From Catajapyx aquilonaris (lineage: Eukaryota), in contig KZ537991.1 in NCBI GenBank assembly GCA_000934665.2, positions 62,001 through 126,000 on the forward strand: a DNA stretch of 64,000 nucleotides, given 5' to 3'. The translations under genes and the position numbers were made by a program. Below are positions 13,739 to 27,400 of this stretch, piece by piece; position 1 is the stretch's first letter; each line of letters begins with the position of its first letter. The notes beneath the pieces were generated by a model. It made no database searches and was not told the DNA's origin. It saw only the letters and a list, made by a program, of their open reading frames with translations.

Positions 13739-16700
13739 ATGATCATGAACACTGGTTAGGGCTACTCCGGAGTAAATTTACCCGCTATGAATCCAACTAC
13801 GCTTATCACTTATGCGAACAAATTCGCATCTCCTGTAATAAGACTCGCAATGCCCCAATATTCCAAAACGAAACTCTTGAGATAAGAGCAGGCTTCAAAT
13901 TCTCTCTCTCTATCTGCTGAGAGCCCATAGCATTTATCCCCGATACAAAGTCTCGTTATAAACGGGCGCAAGTCATTTCGTCAGAGGCAAATCTTCTGAA
14001 GAGCACATTTCCCATTTTCCGGAGGAGGGGGGGATCGAATATAGGCGGGGCGGCTCTCTTTACCAGCCTTCCTGCTTTGCCACATAATCTTCTCTTGGAA
14101 GAGAGTTCTCCCCCCCCCGCCATCCCTCTCCACCACCCAACCCTTTTGCAAATTAATCTTCCCCCAATGATTTGAATAATAAGGCGGTAGGTCTCATCAT
14201 GCCTGCAGGTACGCTCGTCTCCTTTGGCAACCCAAATCATTTACTTTCTTTCTCGTTTTTGTGATGTATTACGTCGCAACGGGTTGGAAGGCTAATCATT
14301 CTCACCGTCTGAAAAGAACAGTAATTGCTGGAGCCCTCCTTATCAAAATTCTGCCCGAGACGAGTGTAATTACTCCCAAGAGGTTCCCTCCTTCTGCAGT
14401 ATGTGAATGGCAAAAATTTTCCTTGGAAGCTTCTGCTATGGGGAGAGAGAACGGGAGAGAAAAATTCAATTTGAACTAAGTGTATTTCTTAGAGATGCTG
14501 CGCACATCTCACGGGGAGTCCGAATTCCGAAGTGGTCCGACTGCATGATTCCCATCCTCACCGCAATCTTTTTGCCATTCAGCATCCGGGACCAGCAGCA
14601 GACTCTCATTTTTCACGCAAACCCCACGCACTCATTAAATTTGAACGCTCTTATTGTCCCACGTGCAGCATACTTTTTTTATATTTTAATTGCGGATGTT
14701 TTCCACTCCTCTCGAACTTCTCAAAATTAAATTCGTGCTCCGATTTCTAAAAAAAAGAAGGGGGCATCAATACGCAAGGATTCTCTAAATCACCGCCTTG
14801 TTCAGATTTAAAGGAGAAAATTTCTCCCAAGCCTCTGGACGTATAACAAATGACGGGAGCTTGGGAGTGCAAGTTGATGAGTTCAAACCCTTTTTCCTTC
14901 CTTCCTTTTCATCCCAACATTAACTGCAGAACATTGTTATCTTCCCTTGATGAGTAGGGGCATCCACCCATTTGAGGGAAGGGGAGGAGGTAATTTTCCT
15001 ACCTCATATTGTTCAGAAAAGGGAGGAGGGACATTAATCGAGGACCGAGGATATTTGCATACGGTCCCCTTGATTAATGCTTCTTGAGGTCGACCTTCCC
15101 CCACCAGAAAAAAAGGAGTTCTAATCGGCGCAGAGACTTCTCTCACGTAATGAGAATCTCTTCAATTAGCAGCCTCCTGATTAATTGGCTAGCAGCCATT
15201 GCTACAGGAGAATCCCCCCTCCCAAAAATTTGGGGGGGACAACCGGACAGTATTTTGGGTTCCGGGGGGCAGAAAATTCCAGTGTTTGACCCACCCACCA
15301 TTTGAGCTAATACATCGGAACAAGTACGGCCGTAAATCCCAATATTGCCGCTCGCAAATAATCCGCAGGCGTCCCAACCCCCACCCACACCCGGTTCGTT
15401 CTCTGCTTGCACACATGACTGCTGCCCAATTCCAGCGATCAGATAATGATAAAACGCCCAGCAGGCGCAAATACATAAAATACCGGGAAGTGTACAGAGC
15501 ATAATTTGCGCAGAAACGCACCACGAGCTCTGCCAAGTGTCCCTCACGGCTGCAAACACCAGTTCAATTATCCATTCAAATCGGTCACGGAGAGGATTTT
15601 TGCAACCGACCATAAATGGAGAGAGAACAATCCTCTGCACTGGACATAACGCGCTTCTACATCATCCGCCAAAAGTCTTTGTCACTCTTTTAATCCCATC
15701 ACAGGAAATTATCCGCAGAAGTACACACATTGCTAAAACATGCAAAAAAAATTAACGTATAGAAAAGTATTTCCCACTAGAAACCTGCGCGATTGCTGGC
15801 CATTGGCGTCGAAATCCGAGTAAAATTTCGCGCATAATTACAGGCACACTAGGTGAATAACAAGCCACTCGATTTATCATGTAAATAATAACACGTCGGT
15901 GCTAATTTTCGCAGTGTGAATTTTGAGCCCGCTGCGGTGCTGTGAATGTCAAAATTACTGGCCAACAATAAAATTGCGACCTATTGGGGACAAAACTAAA
16001 ACAATCCCAACTTTTACACTAATTATTTTGCACAATCCACCACCAATATGCACTGTACAGCCTTGGCCATATTGCAAATTATGCACACTGTATCGCATCT
16101 AACAGCTGAAATATTCGAAAGTTGTGCAAAATTCTGCAATTCATTTCATAATTATTATTTATTTGAACTGTTTGTTTATTTGAGCTAAATAAATTGGAAT
16201 TTTTTTGTATGAACAGGATGCATGTCATTATGTAGCACCTGGTATTGCAGATATGTATATGCGGTTTATGACTGCCTGAAAATGGAGAGTCCCTAGCACA
16301 GTAATATTCGCAGCAAGAGAAAAGCGACCTGCAACTACACCTCGCGGGCTGAAACAAATCCGAAACGCAAAGTTAATTCGCGTGTAGTATCGGTGGCGTA
16401 ACTCGTGTTGACGGGGGAGGCCCAATCCCTCAAAAATTAATGAGCGAGAGAGCCAGACTCGGTTTCATCCAACACTACCCGACCGCACCCGCTCAAAACT
16501 ATTCCAATCTATCTCCCGCCCCGCTGAAATATGACTCAATTTGCGAGCCTCGGAGCACTAGAAATTATTATTCCGGAAGAGTAAGATCTGACTAACGGTT
16601 GGGGAACCTTACAGGGCTCTTTATAACTCACCACTATTTTTTCGATAGTTGCAATTTAACTATCAGCCTGTAAAATTAATCATTAATTTTTTTGTACCAT

Positions 16701-19700
16701 GTTGTAGATGCAGCAGTATCGAACTATAAGGAAATCGTTTAATGTTTTAAACCAGTCTTTACCTTATAACCAACCCAGGCCTTTGATTGCTTCCTAGGCT
16801 CCCTCTGCAGCCCCCCNNNNNNCCCCCGGACCTTTAATCGCATCCTCAATAAAAACCAATCAAAATCGTTCATCACACATCCCCGGGAAACCCCCCTTCT
16901 CTCGATAAGGCGCTTCGATATATTTATTAAAAATGCAAAATTATTCTATTAATGCGGGGTTGTCGCATAAAAAATTCATTACAGGCTGTAAGTCGTTTAT
17001 GACTACTCCGCTTCATATCGGCAATTTTTTTGGTGTGTGTTCATCTCACTCTCCGCATCCTTTGCATATCAAACATGTCGGATTCTACACCGCGAGGACG
17101 AGGTTGATGATCCGGATTCCGGATCAATGTTTGGAGGGGGAGTGTTGGGGGGATTGGGAATGGAAAGGGGGTGTGTGGGGGGTGGTCTAAATTTCGAAAA
17201 CACGTTGTTTGCGCTCACAGTTCCCCGGCTTGCACATTGCGCGGTCGATATGCATTAGGAAGGGACATTGTGTTCGATAGGCCACTGATTATGACCCTGA
17301 ATGACTTTAGCTATGAGCATAAAGTGCAGACGTGGTGATTCTAAGTGTCACGCATTTGCTCTGTAGATAGCGCCCAATGGTTTTGGATCTGGTTATAGAG
17401 GTGGATGGGGAGGAGAGGGGGGAAAAGCTTTTATACACATTTGCACATGGCATGGGGTGGGGTTTATTCCCGGAGAAGCTATTGTCTCTGTACGCAATGG
17501 CGTTGGAGCATTACGCGCGCCTTTTGGACCAACCCCTCGTTTGTGTTCGCGGCAGACCCAGCTTTATCATGCGTTTGCCAATTTACGCCAACATCCTTTC
17601 AGGCTCCGGCCCTAAGGATGGGCCACGAGGATTAGGACCTGGACGTGCCGGTTTGTTATATGCTAACGACTGGAAGGTGCAACATCCACGCACAGGAACT
17701 CAACTTAGAATCTACTCCCATTAGGCCTACTCCACGTGGTCTCAACATGGCGTCGCACCCAACTGAGCGCCATCTACAAGCCTAGACCGCGCCTAAATAT
17801 TTAAACGCGAATTTGACAACACGTCAGTCCTGCCAAATCGATCATTATCACAACTCCTTGAAGAATGAAAGCCGGAAAAATGTGTGCTAAAGTGCAACCT
17901 CAATTTTGCCACCAGGTCATCGGCCAGACTGTGGATTTAATAAAAAATGGGGGGCAAAAGGCCGGGCTTTCCCAATGAAGGTACCCAAGGCAAAAGTGCA
18001 TGACGGTAGGCGTGTAGTGATATGCATTTAGGCCCCGCCAAACCAGTGGCAAATGTGAGATTAACTCGTCAATTTTCGCCACTCCCGGCTCATGTTCCCG
18101 TCACGTCTAGTCTCCCGGACCGCCATTCGTTGATCGGAGTCTTGCATGTACAGTTACGCACCTCTTCATATTTTTTTAGGGGGTCTCCAAAAAGTTGGTA
18201 GGCCTGCTTGATGCGCCTGGTTGCAACATCGCGTGATTTGGCTGCCAGTTACCACCTAGTTCTATACTTAAACCCGGAGTATATCGATAATGAGCACGTC
18301 ATCATGAAGGGATTTTCTACCTGCCCACAACGTGCAGAACACGTTTTGCAAGTCATGCAACGGCCTAATGTCTTTGTTAAAAAGGCGCGCCCTTCAAGTA
18401 CTTTTCTTCCTCTTTTTTCCCTCTAAACTGTGCGGATATACACACACAATCAACCTTCCCCTTTGACCTCCCGTGGGGAAAAAGGTGATTGAGGACCTAG
18501 GGCGCCACAAATGATCCGTCAAGTGTCAGGTGTAATTGCTGCCCTTTACTTTTTCCAAGCCCCTGTGATCTTCTAATGGCGGTTCAATTTTACTGCCTAA
18601 TTAACCTAACACTACCCAAAATAGGTGTTGGTCTCGAGGAGGAGGGCCAGAAAAAAAGTTGGCTGCAAAGTGTGTGAAGCAAACGAAAATATTAGGGTGC
18701 TAAAATATGCAAAATTACAGGCTCAGTACTTCAACACCTGAAATATTCCCCCCCACGTCTTCAAAAGTTGTGTAAATACAGGCTTACAGTGCAAGGAAAG
18801 GTGCTAATTACCAATTTTTTCAAAGGTATACTAGTAAGCGGGTGATCAGCTGGGTTTGTGCAAATTCCTGCTGTTGTCCCGCGTAAAGCGTCGGAGGCGT
18901 CGGCTCCACCGAATATTTCATCAGCAAAGCAAGGTTGCTGAGAAAGCAAGGCAAGCCGCCGCCACCTCTTTGGCAGAAGGGGACAGTTGCTTTCCCTATT
19001 TGAAATTGAGGGTAAGTGGCGGACGCTTAGCTGTTTGAAAATCATGAATATCCCATGTCCTTTTGCCGAGGCTTTTCGTTGGTTTGGTGGGGATGGTGGA
19101 GATGTATAGAAGGCATAGCTATACAAGAAGAGAGAGAGAAGCCTTGGCAGAGATGAAACAGACAACCCCGCCGGTCCCAGCGTTTAAACAGAACAGAAAG
19201 GTTGCAAACTCCTGTCAAGTTCACTTTGGTGAAACGCAACCAATGTGGCTGCCTGACAATTTCCGGTCTCTTTGTCTCCGATCCTCCTACTCCTCCTCCT
19301 CCCAACCCAGCCACCACCAGTCGGGTCTTCACGCTGTGACAGCCTGCGGCAACACTTCTTGCTTTACTCACCACTGTGTAAGCACAAGGTTTGCTACTCT
19401 TCATTTCAGGGCAGAGGAAGCTCGTCTCATTTCGGCAGCGTGGGGACTCTCTCCCTTCTTTTTGTTGCCTATGGACCCTGATATTCAAACTAGCACGCTC
19501 CAGGGGGGGTGGCAGAAGCATCAGAGAGAGAGAACACTAGGCTAGATAAATACTTGCGGAATAGCTGCTCGGGAGATAGAATCACGCTGGGAACACACAA
19601 CCTAATTTTTAGTCCAATTGCATGAGGCCATTTGGCAAATTCGCAAATCCCAGGTAGCTTCACCGTCAATTAATAGGACAACAATGAGAAATGTCAAAAA

Positions 19701-22414
19701 CTGGTCAATTACTTCCACTGCACTATGCCCCAGTCATAACTCCTTCGACACAGGGGCGTGATATTGACCGATCCCCCCCTCTCTTTTATTCTTTCATTTT
19801 TTTTTTCCTGGTCCCCGCAAGTGGCAAGGTGAAATTTCATGCCATATTCCATTTCCAACCTTCCCCCCACGGTTCCCTTGCAAGGACCCGAAAAGCCTTG
19901 TGAACCGTAAATCATAAGGGCAAACGTGCCGCGCCATCATTTCCCTCCAGGGCATATCATCTATCTCTCTGCGGGGAGTCTTTTCCTCTACACAGCTCGG
20001 GACAAACAGGTAACCAGGGGACAGTCGCAAACGGATGTCTCGTAATCTCTCCTTTTCATTTTTTTATACATCAAACTCTGGCGGCTCTCGACAATATTTT
20101 TTTCTGGTAGTGAAGTATAGCGTACTATCGGCTGAATCCGGTTTTTTTTTCTCTCTCTCGAGGGGGAAGTACTTGGTTTATGACCGAAATAGATCGGTAT
20201 CACTGCCGGTTTCGTGATCGCACAATGAAGGTGTTTGTCAGTGGGTATCACGAGATTTGGAAGCCTCCAGGTTATTTGATGGACGTCGAATATGGGACCC
20301 TTTAACGGTGAGGGGACTTGACTAAAGAGGATTTCGGTGAGTGACCTCCTGCTTAGGCAACAGAGGTCACGACAAAAAAAAGTCAGTATTATTGGCTCGT
20401 GTTATGGCATTTTTTTATTGATGTTTTGCATGTGGGTGGAAAGGGAAAAGTGGCCTACCCACACACAACAATCGCTCGCCCACATTTTAAAAATAGATGT
20501 TCATAGCTCTCAAACGTGGTATCTGACACACGCACCCGCTTGTATCAGGCAGTTCCACAGAGGTCAATAAATCACCAATTTTTCTCGAGTCTTAGCAAAT
20601 TTGGCATAATTGTCGGCACAAATTCTTTGGTGCCTAACAGTATTTGGCAAAAAAAATCACCTTAAGACACGCCCTGATTCTTACTCCTCAATGAGACATC
20701 CCCAGGTGAGTCGCCTGGGGTTTGGACCTGCTGCCAAATGGCAACCTTTAGAAATGTCAGGTATTGCTGATGGGTGGGCATACCCACCCACCAAACCCTC
20801 CCAGCTCTTTTCTTCCGCCAACCTTTACAATACTATTTAGAGTTCCCGGTCACGACCTGCTACGCTTCTCCACGTGCAAAAAAAGAGAGGGAAAAGCTTC
20901 CCCGCTTGATTTACGAACGATTCTGTGAAAACTCCTTTGCCAGCTATACTTGCGGGGTGCAAAGGAATGGAAAAAAATACCTCGCCGAGTGTGGACCTGC
21001 CTTATTAATTAAGCAGGTGCACAAGTTGATAGCATTTTCAGAGGTGGGTGTTGCAGCACCTCATCAGTTCACAGCACGCAGGCTTAATACCCTGGGTCTT
21101 AAGCCGAGAACCGCTCCTCTCACATTCTATAAACAGCTATACAGGCCCATTATCCTCTTAAACTGGGTACCTCAAAATGTCCTTTACGTCAGATGGCGAG
21201 AGGAATGAAGGCAAGCACGGCTTGTAATTCAAAGAATAATGCCCCCCTTATACTGCCCATCCGACACTTGAATGCTATTCACATCGCAAGACGTTTACTG
21301 ATGTTGTATTTCTCCCCGAAGCACCCTTGTTATTGTACCTTACAATATTTCAATATGGGGGAATGGGATACCTCGGGGTCGAGTCGTGAAAGCAAATCTT
21401 TGATTATATGGCCGTAATAAGCCCCACAATTAAGTCCAACATTGGACTCTCACCCAGGAGTAATAATCTCGCCAGGATTGTGTAGTGTGCAGGAGATGGC
21501 GCCAGGTTCAAATTAATAGCCGGATCTAGTTCATAGTCTCCCATCTCTGGCCCGTCCTAAATAGTCTCTATAGAACTGGACCTATCAGATGCTGCGCTTG
21601 CCTTAAAGGCTGTAAATTACCACTATTTTTTTTTAAAAAAATCTCCATCTGAATTTGCGTCGATAAATTCGAGCCCTGTTTTTAAAATAAAAATATGCAT
21701 TTGAGTAGAATTTAAATCACTTATATGCCGGTTAATTAATACTCAACAGTCACCAATAAAAGAATGATCCAAAGTGACTCAATTTAAAATATTCCATATC
21801 CTCTTCAGTGCACAAAGTCAAGCACATCCGTTCCCAGGCTCAAAGACCCCCATGAAACAATAGGTTATATCCTAGATTACATTCCCCTTTTCCTTGTAGA
21901 GTACAGCAAGCCGAATTGTTGATGATAACTAGGCGTCTGAACAGGGGTTCCCTGTAACCCTGGCTGCTCCACAAAGTTGTACTTTATTTCTCTGCCATTC
22001 GCGCCATTTTCAGCGTGTAGTCGTTGAGACAAAGCCCCTTGAGATCCGTCGCTCTCGCATACAAAAGGCACTTCCTTTAAACAGGCCACTGCAATTCTGC
22101 GGATTCCCCCTTCCACCATCCTCTCCCTCACTTCTTCTTCTTCTCTCCCCCCCCCCTTCCTCCTTCCATACAAGGTATCAAACTCTTCAACCGGAATGTA
22201 ACCTTTAAGTCTAACGCCCCTGCTGCTTCTTGCCGCCACGTTTTATGGGCCATCGTATAGCCAACTACAAATCAAGAGGAACTGCCCTTGCTACACAAGC
22301 CAAAAATTACAGTGGCTGTACTGCGATGTCGTACCATACCATTTATCGCGAGGCTCACGCTGACAACAAAAATGGCATCAGATAAAAAAAAATATTATAT
22401 GCGCGCATAATATA

Positions 22415-22686
22415 CAGGGTGGTCTAACATGAAAGGAATGCAGCTTGGGTAGCTTTATGATAAGCAAAAAGTATCATGTTCATTGCAGAAGTTCGTGTCT
22501 GAATAATTTCAGACTCACTAAATAAATACACAAACAAACAAATTGCTCAGTTTTTGTTGTGTCAAAATGTAGGCCTGGGATACACATTTCCGTGAAATGC
22601 AATTTTTGGCCTACTTTTCATTGTATTTTCCAACCTAACATTTTCTTCCAACTGAAAAACAGCAAAATTATTGTTGTGCCACCCTG
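22415..22686. mobile_element. Degenerate Tc1/mariner-type MITE, 272 bp
   Basis: TA|CAGGGTGGTCTAACA...TGTTGTGCCACCCTG|TA. The 15-bp TIR has 3 mismatches, TA lies on both sides and the interior is AT-rich. Confidence 0.55.
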
Positions 22687-23396
22687 TACATTTCACTGAT
22701 TTCAGAAACATATCACTCATCCCCTGCACTAACAAGTAACCGGAAATAAAATACCAGATGTTCCTGGACACTCATTAGGATCCTTTGAAATCCGGTTCTG
22801 AGAGAAGCGGCTCCTTTTTTTTTTACTTTGCATCCAAAAAGGCTTTGTGCACTGCCGAAAAAAAAAGCAAAAATAAAAAATAAAAAAACCCGCTAAGCAT
22901 CCACTTTGTGTCCTCTCCAAAGGATACGTATGCACTCCTTACATATTTCACGCAGTATGACACAAAAAGCACCTCATTAAAGTCAACAGACGCTGCGATC
23001 TCTTGATTTATACTCGTTTCAGCTGCTAAATATGAGTCTCGCATTTTTTTTGTCACCATGAAAAGAGAAGCGGCTGTGGTGGTTGGGAGGGGGGGGGGGT
23101 TGGTTTTTGAGGGGGGGATGAAAATCGCAAAATAATTCGCCATACATTTTCAGATATTTATGTACATATTTAGTCCATTTGAACCGTCCGGGCACAAATG
23201 GAGGTTTGATTTCGCATGACACCACCGGGGGCCATACTTGGCGACTGTTTCAAAAATTTCGCTCGCTGCCAATTTTGGGGGTGGAGGGGACACACACACA
23301 CCCCGAACAGCAATCAAAAATTTAATTCGGCTAACTGAACGTATAAATTGAGCCGCGCAACGAACAGCAATTACCGCGCCGTGTTTAAAGGCTGAT

Positions 23397-24482
23397 TTAC
23401 ATACAGGGACAATTGGTTAAATTATTGGAAAAGCACTAATGGATGCGGGCCACGCATAATAAATCGAATTCGTCAAAAAGGACACTTTTTTTCAAATACT
23501 GTATTTTTTGAGGGGTGTGAAAGGTGAGAAATTGTGGTTTTGTCACCAAATGTGTTGGTGGTTTGCAAATGAAGTGTGTGTTGTTTGATACTTATGTGGT
23601 GCTAAATGTTGCTGATATGTTGAAGCAGGTGACATATTTTCGCACCTTCTATTCATATAAAATTAATTCACGTTAGTAATAGATTTCCTGCTAACCCGTA
23701 TTTGTTGAATGTTGAATTTGCTCAATTTCCCAAAACAATTTTTGTTGCTCGCCTAATAATTCACTATTACAAATAACTATGCAACACGGATATTTGTCCA
23801 CGGAAATTTATTGCTATTTCCATGTTTCTTAGGTCACAAGTAACTCATAATGGGCATACATTTTGTCGTTGATTTGTTTTTGACCTCGGGGCAGTCAAAA
23901 CACCAGAGACAAAATGAATGCCCATTATGAGTTACTTGTGACCTATAAGGAACACGAATATGACGATGAATTTCCATGGACAAAAAAGTCACATTTTGTT
24001 GCACAGTGTATTAAATTGCATCCATGTTATTACGCATCATTTTTTATATGATGGAAGATTTTGCCATTTTTCAAAGATTATGAATAATTTCTTATTCTAA
24101 TATTCAAATCATTTCATGTTACCATGTAATATTCCCCCCAAAAATCCTGATTAAAGGACTATTCTTACAGAAGTCATTTGTTAGATCCTTACTAAAATTA
24201 TGACAAACCTTATCAATATACAGTACGTATTTATGTACGGCATATTTACATGCTACAAGTTAATCGTCTTTAGCTATAGGCTACTACGAGACAAAACATA
24301 TATTAACTTTTTGAACATGCGTACACAGCAATAATTTCCAAGCACTGAAATCCAACTTTTGGGTCGTTAAGTAAAGAGCAGTCCGAAACTCTGGTTACGA
24401 CACTGAAAAAGGGTTGAACGACTGCCCATTACAGACCCGGAAAATTAGTTAAATTATTGGAAAAGCACTAATTGACGCCGGT
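23397..24482 (+). repeat. Dispersed direct repeat pair, 1032 bp apart
   Basis: Identical 25-mer GTTAAATTATTGGAAAAGCACTAAT at 23416-23440 and 24448-24472, within ~54-bp similar blocks (23397-23450 and 24429-24482). Confidence 0.85.
23776..24007. mobile_element. Old palindromic MITE-like element / long hairpin
   Basis: Inner arms 23830-23867 and 23908-23945 (TAGGTCACAAGTAACTCATAATGGGCAT...) pair at 37 of 38 positions. Weaker outer pairs are TTTGTCCACGGAAATT/AATTTCCATGGACAAA and ACTATGCAACA/TGTTGCACAGT. Confidence 0.6.
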
Positions 24483-27400
24483 CGATTCATATGCAACACA
24501 TATTAGATGCAACACACGTCCTCCACATTTTGAGTAAATTTTTTTTGTGCGGTTTGTGAAGGTATAGTGTCTTGTCCCCCCCACAAAAGGTAGAGACAAG
24601 GCTTCCAGCTCCTGTGAGCTATGACTAAAGATTGCATTAGCAACAGGAACGGCCTTTAATTTTGTACGCCTCCCTCTCTTTCATTACGGCCCGGCCTTAA
24701 AATTTTTATCACGGTCTGCTTCCACGGCACAGGCCTCCAACCGTCTCCCCCACGCGTTTCAACCAAGCTTCCATCACCGAAAAAAACAAAAAAAGTTTCG
24801 CCCAACTACAAATTCACCTGGCACCTTCGTTTCACATCTACGCTTCTATTTAAGTTTTACAACCCACTGAGGGACGCCCCCCAATTGGGATACACCAACT
24901 TTTTTTTTTCTCCCCCTCAAAAAAAGAGAGAGAAAAAGGGGGAGAGGTGTGGAGCTCACCTTTCTTTACCCCACAAATTACTTGTATTCCGAGGAGAAAT
25001 GGTGCAAAAAAGGGGTGGAAATTGGACGGATGAAACAGAAAACATGGCTGGAAACTTGACAAACGGAGGAATTATTTCCGAGATCCACCTTGCCCTAACA
25101 GAATAACAAACCCGAGGGCTTTTCTTTGTATCCGTTTCTTTTCCCTGCTACCATGTCACTGTGGGCAATGTTGCTGATAGGCCCCCGTCTGGACAGGCCA
25201 TTCAAAGTCCGTACAATACACTATAAAAATGCATGGCTTCGCAACTGAACGTGCAGGCAGTGTACTGTACAAGCAATCCGTACAATGGATGCAATCTCAC
25301 AATAGCACGCAGCGTAAGGCTTCAGACTGCGACCATGGCTCGACAATTGTATGAAATGGTTTTTCGCCAAATCATGTGGTTGGTGCAGCAGGGTGTTGGA
25401 TATACCCCCAAAATTTGCTGCAGAAAATATTTTGCAGGGTAGTGCAATCTAGGAGCATAAGGAAAAACAGCACTTTCATGGCAAAACAAATGACACGGCT
25501 GCTTTTAGTCCTGTAAGCCTATTGAGTGTATGAAAAGAGTACACGCTGACGAAGCTTTCGTAATAATTACATCCCGATACCTTGCCTCACTGCTAGCGTC
25601 AAATTAACAACATTGTGTCCGTATAGCTGAGAAAGGAACTACAAAGCTTCAAAGCGAGTAGGTCAAACGAGTGAGTGGATGACATTCGACAAAAAAAAAT
25701 TCTCCCATAATACAATCCTGCAAACGTATCTGTAACACATTGTGTCAACATGCACTATACGCAGTGTGCGCAGTACGATGAACAAGCACAATTTTGCTGA
25801 ACAAACGCCGATGATAAATTGGCTTATGAATAATACCCTTCTACACTGCAGTTACCGAGTTAACATAATGCAGTTTGGCGCTCTGTACATTTCCCCCCTC
25901 AACTTTTTTTTGTACCCTACATTTTTTTTGGGGGGGGGGGGGGTATAACCTCCCTTCAATTTTCTATTCCCTTCTTGCAGTATTCTTTCCGCCGCCTGGC
26001 AAACAATCCACAATAGAGTCTCCGGGCTGAAGTTCAAAGCACTCTTTTGTTACGAGGTCTTCCTCTGCTGGAAAGAAGGGTAAAAAAAGAAAGGGGGGGT
26101 CTTGCCTTCCAGGATTTGTCGTCACCGACTGTTGTTTGTCAATTTAGTTGACTCCCAAGACCCATGGAAACCCGACGAAACATCCAGTGTGCATACCGTC
26201 AAGGCAAATGAGCTGAAAGCTTCTAGCATATTTACGGAAGCTCTTTTCCGGCGAACTCGACTTAGCCTTGGTGAAAATCCGGGTCGAGTTTCAAGGGGAG
26301 GGGTGGAGGGGTGTATGCATCGGATTTTTTCCCCCCCCCTTTTCGTAAGAGACTGAGAGGAAGGAAAATATATATTCTTACCTGAATAAAAGGTCGATGA
26401 CCTTATTACTGTAGAAGGCCCATCTGGAAGAATTTGATTTATGCAAAAACCCGCGCAGAATGATTTTGCAAACAAAATATAGGCAGAAGGCTTGTGTTAC
26501 ACGTTCAGAAAAATTCAGCATATCAACTTGGATCACGTAAGTCGACTGGGTAGGCAGATACTTTTTCTCAAAATATGGAAAACAATTGCGCATTGTCTAC
26601 ATGCACTTATTTTGCAATTAGCTTCTGTGCCATCACTAATTGACAGCCAATGAATATTACCCCATAATTTCAGCCATATTGAAAGCGTTTTTCCAACTTC
26701 CTCGCCAGATATCGCCACTTTCCACAAAACCCGCACACCGCTGGAGCATTTCCCTGCCTCCGGAACAAGGCGCACTTTTTGTGTCATAACGCCGAGCAAT
26801 TCCGCTTCCATGCAGTAAATCCGCACAGTACGTGATGATCCTATGTAATCTGGCAAAAACTCGGGAGCCGGCTGCGATGCCTCCCGTCCATCATTTGGCA
26901 CGAATTTGGTTCGGACGTCCGGACTGAGCAGGCGAAAAAAAAAATATCGCGCATGAGAAAGCCAGGAAGCTTACTGTTATATTCAGACCAAACACAAACC
27001 CTCCCCAGTTTTTTCCACACACAAAAAATTGGTGTGTGAGAGGACCTGTCGATATTTTTAATTATAATGGGTGACAAAGAGTGTCACCCCAGGCGGCCGC
27101 GACAAACTTTGGGGGGTTAGCATGCCAGAAAACAATATGTCCAGGGGAGAAACGGGGGTTACTAGATCCATAGGAAAAAGGTACTGTGATTTATGAACAC
27201 TGCAAGAGTCTTTTATTAGTCGACACATTGGTGAAAATCTCTCTCCAACTTTTTTTTTCTTCTTGTGCCATATATACCTCGCGCTTTAGAAACACTGAAT
27301 TCTTTAAAGTCCCTATAGAGTTGAGCAAAATGCGAGAGAGAACAGCAACCCTCCCCCCCAAAAAAGTTCATTGACTGAGAGGCGTCTTAAAAATTCAGCA

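Noticed and set aside
19417..19428. GAAGCTCGTCTC resembling the 5' part of miR-993-3p
   Set aside because: The match stops after 12 nt and there is no complementary arm upstream.
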